A stretch of DNA of 13,912 nt, taken from assembly GCA_048881705.1 (NCBI GenBank), contig JBHLSH010000090.1:1-13912 (forward strand), written 5' to 3'. The position numbers and the translations under genes are program-made. This document shows positions 1 through 6,619 of the stretch, piece after piece. Under the pieces are notes generated by a model. It searched no databases and was not told the origin of the DNA. It saw nothing but the letters and a program-made list of their open reading frames with translations. Positions within the stretch are counted from its first letter, which is position 1. Each line of letters opens with the position of its first letter. The DNA comes from Candidatus Heimdallarchaeota archaeon. Its GTDB lineage: Archaea > Asgardarchaeota > Heimdallarchaeia > Hodarchaeales > Hodarchaeaceae.

Positions 1-342
1 GGGTAGTACAAAGATACCTCGACAAGCAGCATGGCCACAATACGATAGCTGGGGAACCACATTTATCTTGCGAAAGATAGCGGGATCATAGACGAGTAGT
101 ATCCATGCTTAGGGCATCTCATAATACCAGTTTTTTGTTGAATACCTGAATGTAGCCAAATATCTAAAGATATAACGAAATCACAAGGTGAGAGGGTGTA
201 AAATAATTTAAATAGGATGTTGATCATCTTTAAAATAATGATGCACCTGTATTGGGATCGAAAACAGGTTCCAACCGTATAACGGGTAAAAATCAATAAA
301 AAGGTGTCAGAAGTAGGAGATCTGAACCGTTTTTAAAAGGAC

Positions 343-350
343 TTTATAAA
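343..350 (+). promoter_or_regulatory. Candidate TATA box (TTTATAAA) for the 513-aa gene
   Basis: TTTATAAA at 343-350, preceded by purine-rich AAAAGGA (BRE-like), ~70 nt upstream of the GTG at 419. GGAGAG at 406-411 is an SD-like site 7 nt before the start. Confidence 0.45.
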
Positions 351-418
351 GCGACAAAAAGCTATTTATTATTCTGGCTCCGATTCAATGCTGTTAACAG
401 GAACCGGAGAGATGTGAG

Positions 419-1960
419 GTGGTGAAAACTCATGAATCCCTTAAGAAGTCCATTTCCACAGTTTTACAGCAGCTTTCTCTTCGTACCAGTAGTTATCCTC
501 ATTCGGAACAAAAAAGGCTGGATGAATTACTGGATTTAATCCGTCATTACGAAGAAGCGGACTTTAATAGAAAGAAATTAGTACTAAGGTTTGCTAAATA
601 TAATAAGGGGACTCTTCAGGATGAAGAGTACCTTGGGCTTCCATTCTTATGGTTTAGTGGTATCTATTCTCAAAATGCAAAAGTCTTGTTAGAACATTCC
701 AAGTTTCATGCAATATCATTCTATGAATTCTTGGCAAAGCATTTACGGGGAGCTTTTCGACTGGTTAATAACTTGGAACCACTGTCCTCGATATTATGGG
801 AAGATTTACAATACGAAGCCAATAAATTACTCCAATATCTCACCAAAAGAGATCTAGAGACTTTAAGGGTGGAATTTCGACTTTTGAAAGAGAAAGGAGT
901 AGTTGCCCTAAGCGCACGACGGCAAAGGGAATTCATTATGGATTATATTGAATTTTTCAGAGATGAAACACCATCCGCAGAACTAAAGCGGCTATTCTCA
1001 ATTCTAAACGGAAAATGGGTGCTACACTTTTTTCCTCCCGCATTTGACCTTAATCGTGTCTTCTTTGAACTTCAGATCGTCGATGCTATTTCCTTAAATG
1101 AAATAATAGATTTTACAAATTTCAAAAACACTACATTAGCAATGAGCGATATCTATAACACTCGTGAAGATCCAAAACGATATCTTGGATTTCTAATTGT
1201 TCCAACTAATTGTGTCACTGTGTTAAAAGCAAATCTAGTTAAATTCCGGGATAAGGGGAAAATAAAACTAGAAAAATTTTCTTCGGTATTAGATTATAGG
1301 AAAAATATATCCTTAAGACAATATCATTCCGAAAAAGGGTGGCTCAATACCAGTTCAACATATCTTCGCAAGCTAAAACGAATTATTTTATCAAGCGGAT
1401 CGGCTGAGCTAGAATATTCCACAAATAGTACTGGAGATGATTACTATATCCCAAATGCAATGGACACGAATTGGAATTATCGAGATCATCCCCTTCCTCA
1501 TCGGATAATTGAGCTAGTTTGTAGAATGACGAAAGAGTTCACATTTAGTGATTTACCCATTGGTTCAGATGATTTAAGGAATCCTAGTTCTCTAGCCATC
1601 GATGAATTAGGACTCTTAAAGCAATTATATTACAACAGAGTGGTCTATCCAGTTTTTATCCCCTGGCAAATTGTATATGAATTTTCACTAAACAATTTCT
1701 GCGTATATATCCCGAAAATCTCATTTTCTAACTTGAAAAAAATAGTAGAGATCATTCCATACAGTGAGGTGATATTCACCAAAGAGTTCAATTTCCTATT
1801 TGGGAGACTAACCCCTCGATTGGTTAATTGGATTCGATCAGATTTAGGCTGGGATGTCCATATGGTCAGTAGAACACACAAAAAGCCCATGGAATTTAAT
1901 TCTGACTGGTTTGACAAAAGATCATTGACCTGGGTGGTTCCAGAGGTATTATCCCAATAA
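419..1960 (+). CDS. Uncharacterised 513-aa soluble protein, possibly a tandem Lrp/AsnC-like (wHTH + ferredoxin-like) regulator
   Basis: Long ORF with GTG start and SD-like GGAGAG. Its C-terminus is conserved at protein level in the paralog remnant at 2135-2391, which shows it is coding. The fold guess rests only on weak resemblance (LTKRDLETL to the Lrp N-terminal helix; alternating beta/alpha segments), so the product is low confidence. Confidence 0.85.
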   Translation: MVKTHESLKKSISTVLQQLSLRTSSYPHSEQKRLDELLDLIRHYEEADFNRKKLVLRFAKYNKGTLQDEEYLGLPFLWFSGIYSQNAKVLLEHSKFHAISFYEFLAKHLRGAFRLVNNLEPLSSILWEDLQYEANKLLQYLTKRDLETLRVEFRLLKEKGVVALSARRQREFIMDYIEFFRDETPSAELKRLFSILNGKWVLHFFPPAFDLNRVFFELQIVDAISLNEIIDFTNFKNTTLAMSDIYNTREDPKRYLGFLIVPTNCVTVLKANLVKFRDKGKIKLEKFSSVLDYRKNISLRQYHSEKGWLNTSSTYLRKLKRIILSSGSAELEYSTNSTGDDYYIPNAMDTNWNYRDHPLPHRIIELVCRMTKEFTFSDLPIGSDDLRNPSSLAIDELGLLKQLYYNRVVYPVFIPWQIVYEFSLNNFCVYIPKISFSNLKKIVEIIPYSEVIFTKEFNFLFGRLTPRLVNWIRSDLGWDVHMVSRTHKKPMEFNSDWFDKRSLTWVVPEVLSQ

Positions 1961-1973
1961 GAAAAAAATAAAG
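1961..1973 (-). terminator. T-rich terminator-like tract downstream of micro-ORF 1
   Basis: The minus strand reads CTTTATTTTTTTC about 25 nt after the micro-ORF stop. Oligo-T tracts are established archaeal termination signals. Confidence 0.45.
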
Positions 1974-1996
1974 GGGGTAGTTATTCACAATTCCTT

Positions 1997-2032
1997 TCAC
2001 ATTCCGCCATTTCCGCCGTCTTGAGGGGGCAT
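1997..2032 (-). CDS. Micro-ORF 1, 11-aa peptide MPPQDGGNGGM
   Basis: ATG CCC CCT CAA GAC GGC GGA AAT GGC GGA ATG TGA. AGGTGA lies 6 nt upstream of the ATG. A near-identical second copy is at 2428-2463. Confidence 0.65.
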   Translation of the reverse strand: MPPQDGGNGGM

Positions 2033-2037
2033 TGATT

Positions 2038-2074
2038 CTCACCTAATATCGTGTGGATAGGATAGTTATTAAAA
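2038..2074 (-). promoter_or_regulatory. SD (AGGTGAG, 2044-2038) and candidate TATA (TTTTAATAA, 2074-2066) for micro-ORF 1
   Basis: The SD matches the archaeal GGAGGTGA-type consensus. The TATA position would give a short leader just covering the SD. Confidence 0.5.
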
Positions 2075-2111
2075 CTCCCAACTTTCGTTGTTTCGACGGT
2101 CAATTTGCGTC

Positions 2112-2391
2112 ATTTTCAACCATCTCTCCCCTATGTATGGTTACCCAAAAATTACTTTTATAACTTGAAAGAACTTATCAAAATGATTCCGTATAGTGAG
2201 GTGTTTTTCACCGAAGCATTTATCTGTTTACTTGGGAGATTAACTCCACAACTAGTTACTTGGATGCGTTCAGACTTAGATTGGGATGTCCATATGATCG
2301 GTAGAGGGCGTAAAAACCTATCGAACTTAATCCAGACTGGTTTAACAAGAGATTGTTGTCCTGGGTAGTTCCAGAGGTCTTGATCTCGTAA
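2112..2391 (+). pseudogene. 5'-truncated, frameshifted paralog of the C-terminus of the 513-aa gene
   Basis: 2135-2391 aligns to 1703-1960 with about 51-52 of 85 residues identical by manual count (IPYSEV, GRLTP, WDVHM, DWF.KR, WVVPEVL). There is a 1-nt deletion at ~2317-2319, the stop codon is equivalent (TAA 2389-2391), and the 5' ~420 codons are absent. Confidence 0.9.
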
Positions 2392-2408
2392 GAAAAAATA
2401 AAAGAAAG
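2392..2408 (-). terminator. T-rich terminator-like tract downstream of micro-ORF 2
   Basis: The minus strand reads CTTTCTTTTATTTTTTC, at the position equivalent to the tract in copy 1. Confidence 0.45.
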
Positions 2409-2427
2409 GGATTCTTGACGGTTCTTC

Positions 2428-2466
2428 TCAGTGTCCGCCATTTCCGCCGTCTTGTGGGGGCATCAT
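2428..2466 (-). CDS. Micro-ORF 2, peptide (M)MPPQDGGNGGH (11-12 aa)
   Basis: ATG ATG CCC CCA CAA GAC GGC GGA AAT GGC GGA CAC TGA. GAGGTGAGGT lies at 2480-2471, and the TGA is at the same codon position as in copy 1. Confidence 0.65.
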   Translation of the reverse strand: MMPPQDGGNGGH

Positions 2467-2470
2467 TTTA

Positions 2471-2480
2471 ACCTCACCTC
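2471..2480 (-). promoter_or_regulatory. Strong SD (GAGGTGAGGT) for micro-ORF 2
   Basis: GAGGTGA is 7 nt from the ATG at 2466, and GAGGT is 7 nt from the ATG at 2463. AT-rich TATA-like tracts lie upstream (2497-2506, 2518-2526). Confidence 0.55.
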
Positions 2481-3022
2481 TTCGATACATTTGGAGTATA
2501 ATAATATCCCAAAATATTGATTAAAACTAAATGCGGACATGCTTGAGCGTCTTTTTAATACTGGGCCATTCCAGAGGTTCTGTCATAAATGCAAACAAAG
2601 GCTATGGAATATCACTGACACTTCTTTTTCGTGCCCCATTTAACCGTCCTATCGAAGTACCATCTTATTCGCGCCCCTTTCCCATGTTCACGGTTGTTGA
2701 AAACCTAAAAACCAGATTGGTAAACAACCTTATTCATATAGGGCTGTACGGATCAGATCCATTACTTGCCATTTAATGAATGAACTCTCCTCAGTTGATT
2801 CGCCAAAATTATCACGAAAATCCTGAATCTTTCCTTATGTGCTCCAGAAATGGGGACAAAAATCTTGCGTTTGTGCATCCGTTAAACATGGGATAGTTTG
2901 TCAAAAAATGTAAGTAAGAAGGAGGTCTGGATAATACCAAGATCATCCATACGAGTTACTGTGATTAGATCTCCAAACAACAGACTTGAATCATCGAAAA
3001 AAATCAAAACCCATTACCTGAA

Positions 3023-3379
3023 ATGACTGTTGTTCTGAGAAACATGGCGTCCATAATTGCAAAGTGGCAGAAATGTGGAAAATCTACGTGTCGCTGCAAA
3101 TCGGGGGCACTGCATGGGCCCTACTTTTGGTTAATCACGTACGTGTCCAGAAAGGCAGAACATCCGCAAAAGGGGCGGTACAGCTGGAAATACCTGGGCA
3201 AACATCCTGAAACCGCGTGGATCCGACTTAAAGAAATCGATGAGCGTTTCGATCAACAATATGATCTACAGGATCTAAAGAACAAAATAACGGATATGAT
3301 ACAGATCCGAAAAATTCAAAGAGATATTTCGGTTACTGAACCGGTTTTGGTTGTGGATGATCCGCGTTTGGACCATTGA
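3023..3379 (+). CDS. DUF6788-like small basic protein with Cys/His (probable Zn-binding) motif
   Basis: KCGKSTCRCKSGALHGPYFWL matches the CG-x3-C-x-C...HGPY signature as I recall it for DUF6788. An HMM check is needed. Confidence 0.75.
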   Translation: MTVVLRNMASIIAKWQKCGKSTCRCKSGALHGPYFWLITYVSRKAEHPQKGRYSWKYLGKHPETAWIRLKEIDERFDQQYDLQDLKNKITDMIQIRKIQRDISVTEPVLVVDDPRLDH

Positions 3380-3482
3380 ACATTAGGGCTTATTTTGGCC
3401 GCTATACGATGCGTACATGCCAGAATGGCGCGAATTTTCTGGGGGACCCCGACGAAATAATACCATGGTGTGTTAATGATTC

Positions 3483-3505
3483 TTATATGTACAGTGGAAA
3501 TAGAG
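3483..3505 (+). promoter_or_regulatory. TATA-like box (TTATAT) abutting an ORB-like site (TACAGTGGAAATAGAG) upstream of cdc6
   Basis: CAGTGGAAA matches the core of the Pyrococcus-type ORB (TTCCAGTGGAAA). It lies 60-75 nt upstream of the cdc6 ATG, and SD-like GAGG is at 3555-3558. Confidence 0.5.
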
Positions 3506-3565
3506 CCATTGCGAATGGAACCCGTGGATCGGGTAGCCTTCAACGGTCGGTTATGAGGAATTCAA

Positions 3566-4822
3566 ATGGCACAATTAGACCGCACGTCAGGGGATAGAAA
3601 TCGTGAAGAAGAGGAGGTCACTTTAGACGATATTTTTGAAGGATATTTGAAGCAACCAAAGCTGTTCACCAACCGCGATGCGCTTGAGAGTTCGTTTGTT
3701 CCAGAAAACTTACCCCACCGGACTGAACAAATCAAGCAGCTCGGATATATCCTAGCATCAGTGCTTCGTGGGGCCAAACCGAGCAATATCTTGTGTTTTG
3801 GGAAAACGGGAACAGGAAAAACGGCTGTCTCTAAATATGTCTTGAATACCTTGGGGAAAAAGGCACCACAGCATGGCCTGAAAATTGAAGTAGCATATAT
3901 GAACTGTAATTCCGTCGATACCAATTATCGGGTTTTCGCAGATTTATGCAGCTCCTTGGGGATTGAGGTACCGTTTACCGGGCTTGCCACAGATGAAGTA
4001 TTTACACGGTTCAAACGGGGATTAGATCAGCGGAATTCATTGTTTATTGTCGTTCTTGACGAAATCGATTCATTAGTGAAAAAATCAGGGAATGAAACCC
4101 TTTACAATCTGACTCGTATTAATACTGATCTCACCAGAGCTAAAGTGAGTCTAATTGGGATCTCGAATGACCTTAAGTTTAAAGAATACCTAGATCCTAG
4201 GGTTCTTTCCTCGTTGTCGGAGGAGGAGATTGTTTTCAAGCCTTATGAGGCACCTGAAATCATGGATATTCTGATTGACCGTGCAAGGCTGGCGTTCAAA
4301 GAAAATGTCCTATTGGAAGGGGTCCTCAATATGATTGCCGCGATAGCGGCCCAGGAGCACGGTGACGCACGTCGGGCTATTGATTTGTTACGAGTATCTG
4401 CTGAAACTGCGGAACGGGAAGGCAGTGAACAAATACTTCAAAGACATGTCAAGATCGCCCAGGGGGCCATAGAGAGGAACACGATCACGGAAGTGTGTGC
4501 ATCTCTGCCGCTTCAATCTAAGATAGTTATCTCTTCGATTTATCTCTTAGAAAGCACACAGGAAACATCTCAAACGGTATCCACTGGCGATGCTTATGAC
4601 GAATATGTCCGTTTGTGTCGTGAAATGGGAATGGATTCCCTAACACAACGTCGTGTAGGGGATCTCATTAATGAGCTTGATGCCCTGGGCATAATTAGTG
4701 CCCGAGTGGTTTCACGTGGACGTCATGGACGGACAAAAGAGATACGTATTTCAGTCCCCCGCCCGTTGGTGGCAAAAATTTTACGAGAAGACAAAATCAT
4801 CGGAAATAAGTTAACGAACTAG
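3566..4822 (+). CDS. cdc6: Orc1/Cdc6 replication initiator
   Basis: Walker A GKTGTGKT, Walker B VVLDEID, sensor ISND, GDARRAIDLL, and a C-terminal wHTH (RRVGDLINELDALGII...GRHGRTKEI). Confidence 0.97.
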   Translation: MAQLDRTSGDRNREEEEVTLDDIFEGYLKQPKLFTNRDALESSFVPENLPHRTEQIKQLGYILASVLRGAKPSNILCFGKTGTGKTAVSKYVLNTLGKKAPQHGLKIEVAYMNCNSVDTNYRVFADLCSSLGIEVPFTGLATDEVFTRFKRGLDQRNSLFIVVLDEIDSLVKKSGNETLYNLTRINTDLTRAKVSLIGISNDLKFKEYLDPRVLSSLSEEEIVFKPYEAPEIMDILIDRARLAFKENVLLEGVLNMIAAIAAQEHGDARRAIDLLRVSAETAEREGSEQILQRHVKIAQGAIERNTITEVCASLPLQSKIVISSIYLLESTQETSQTVSTGDAYDEYVRLCREMGMDSLTQRRVGDLINELDALGIISARVVSRGRHGRTKEIRISVPRPLVAKILREDKIIGNKLTN

Positions 4823-4876
4823 CTTCTGATTTCAATAATTGGATTAAATCCATTTGGGAGAGAGCAGGTCTCACCA

Positions 4877-6448
4877 TTAGGAGGGAATTATCTGCATTTT
4901 TCTGAGATCAATCGTGGCAATTTGACCAGTATGGATATCCAAAATATGGACAACCCCCACCGATGTTTTCTGCGAGATTTTCAAATGATCTGGGCCTTTG
5001 CCTTGAAATGTACCACAAGCGATTATTTTCACTCCTTTGTACTCGGCCACAGATGCTTGATGGCTGTGCCCGACGACAAGTACTTCTGGAACTCGATCAA
5101 TGACAAGATAGTCCCGTTTTGCAGGTACAAGCGGAATGGTGACTCCATACTCTGGAGCTAAATGCCGATATTCCAATAATTGTTGAATGCTCGAAATAGG
5201 ATTAATCGGGTCGAGCTGTTCGATCCCTTGCCCGTGATAGACTAGAAGGTTTAAACCATCGATTGTTACCCGAAGTGGGTTGCCATGAGGTAATACGTTC
5301 GGAAGGGAAAAAATCGAATTTCCTATTTCTCGATCAATAGCAGGCTGGGGTAAGGCTATTTGGGTGGCATCATGCTCCCCTGGGATTACTATTATCTGAA
5401 TGTAAGAAGGAATTTTAGAGAATAGACCTGATAAACCATCATATTGAGCTTGAAGTGAAGATACACTTAAATTTGCTTGCTGGTCAGGAAATTGTCCAAC
5501 GCCATCGCAAAGATCTCCAGCAACAATAACAACTTTGATATCTTGGGCTAGGGAAGCCAGATTAGGAGGTAGGTCATCTAATTGAACCAATTTTAGTAGA
5601 TTTGCAAAAGCCCTTGTGGCGAAGGATTTTGCGCCAAAATGGATATCTGCAAGAAAAAGTATTTTTCCAGAGCGGGGATTTGGTTGAAATCGGATAGGAG
5701 TGAGACTAGGCCGAATAACATCTTTTCCCCAAAAGGCAGTAATAGCTCCCTCCTCGTATTTCTTAGGTAGATCTCCTTCAACCCCGATCACAGTATCACG
5801 GAGAATTTCGTGATACCCTGAAAAGGATGTACTTTCTTGAACCATGACACATCGAGTAAGCATTTCATCATTAGGGTCTTCTAACTGGATGACAAACTTC
5901 CCGGTATGTAGGACCCCGGTATCTTGCACCATTCCAATCAATATTCCGCTTTTGTCAAGAGGAACTTCCTCTATCGTCAGGTTTCGGCCAAGAACCAGTC
6001 CTTGATCTGGTAGTTGATCCCTTATGATTCTTGAGAGTCGCTGAAACCTGTCAAGAAACAGATCCCGAAACGTGTCAACTTCAACAGGATCAGAAGGGGA
6101 AGTCGGGATATCAAGGTCAATAACAATTTCGGGCAGAGATGGGGGTTGTTTTGGGGTAGAGATGTGAGATTTTTGTTGTGTAGAAATTTGGTCTGAGTTA
6201 CGGATTGATATAGAATCGTTCGTAGAAGGCATTTCAAGACCTTTCGATATCTCAGGACGGTGTTGAGTTGACATCAGGGCCTCCTGAATGACAGGGACAG
6301 TTACAACGGGGACTTCTTGAGGTAATTGGGAAACAAGAGTATTCATTTGGCTTTTGGAGAGCGAAATGTTTCTTAGATAATCCAGAACCTCACCTGTGAC
6401 ATTAAACCCATGTTTCAAGAACAGAGCGATTAGTTCAGCTCGATCCAT
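4877..6448 (-). CDS. polB: DNA polymerase D small (proofreading exonuclease) subunit DP1
   Basis: N-terminal helical domain, OB-fold region, and calcineurin-like phosphoesterase motifs ADIHFG, GDLCDG, PGEHD, YHG, RHLAPEYG and GHSH. It is adjacent to cdc6. Confidence 0.92.
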   Translation of the reverse strand: MDRAELIALFLKHGFNVTGEVLDYLRNISLSKSQMNTLVSQLPQEVPVVTVPVIQEALMSTQHRPEISKGLEMPSTNDSISIRNSDQISTQQKSHISTPKQPPSLPEIVIDLDIPTSPSDPVEVDTFRDLFLDRFQRLSRIIRDQLPDQGLVLGRNLTIEEVPLDKSGILIGMVQDTGVLHTGKFVIQLEDPNDEMLTRCVMVQESTSFSGYHEILRDTVIGVEGDLPKKYEEGAITAFWGKDVIRPSLTPIRFQPNPRSGKILFLADIHFGAKSFATRAFANLLKLVQLDDLPPNLASLAQDIKVVIVAGDLCDGVGQFPDQQANLSVSSLQAQYDGLSGLFSKIPSYIQIIVIPGEHDATQIALPQPAIDREIGNSIFSLPNVLPHGNPLRVTIDGLNLLVYHGQGIEQLDPINPISSIQQLLEYRHLAPEYGVTIPLVPAKRDYLVIDRVPEVLVVGHSHQASVAEYKGVKIIACGTFQGKGPDHLKISQKTSVGVVHILDIHTGQIATIDLRKMQIIPS

Positions 6449-6619
6449 ACCGCTGACAAACCTAACTTTCTGATGGCAAACCTATCCCACGTACCTGACC
6501 CGTAGTTCCTTTTATTATTTTTCTCCATGATAGGCACGTCCCTCACTTAGAAGGCAGTCAGAGCATGGTCTCGCTCCTAAATCCTTAAAACGGCCGTAAT
6601 TTACATGGGATAAGAAGGA

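Larger units (their letters stand above)
2003..2463. repeat. 30-nt direct repeat, copies at 2003-2032 and 2434-2463, 29/30 identical
   Basis: TCCGCCATTTCCGCCGTCTTG(A/T)GGGGGCAT. The single difference is the third base of a Pro codon on the minus strand, and the limits of identity coincide with codons 1-10 of the micro-ORF. Confidence 0.95.

Noticed and set aside
63-296. 77-aa minus-strand ORF
   Set aside because: TTG start without an SD, composition not protein-like, no motif. It spans AT-rich intergenic-looking DNA.
1703-2391. Diversity-generating retroelement (VR at the 3' end of the 513-aa gene, TR downstream)
   Set aside because: Mismatches involve all four bases and are enriched at synonymous positions rather than adenine-specific. 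Identity is too low for a TR/VR pair, and no reverse transcriptase is present in the window.
2003-2463. CRISPR repeat or attL/attR pair
   Set aside because: There are only two copies, 431 nt apart, separated by a gene remnant, with no cas genes or integrase. The repeat belongs to a larger duplicated unit.
2531-2776. 81-aa ORF from the track
   Set aside because: No SD and no recognisable motif; treated as part of the fragmented zone.
2480-3565. Complete oriC upstream of cdc6
   Set aside because: Only one convincing ORB-like box is visible, with no inverted ORB pair flanking an AT-rich unwinding element.
3316-3924. ORFs 3316-3543, 3376-3597 and 3562-3924
   Set aside because: They overlap the cdc6 promoter, the DUF6788-like gene or cdc6 itself, and show no motifs.
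4840-4852. TGGATT-A-AATCCA palindrome between convergent cdc6 and DP1
   Set aside because: Short, the 1-nt loop cannot form an RNA hairpin, and it is plausible by chance.
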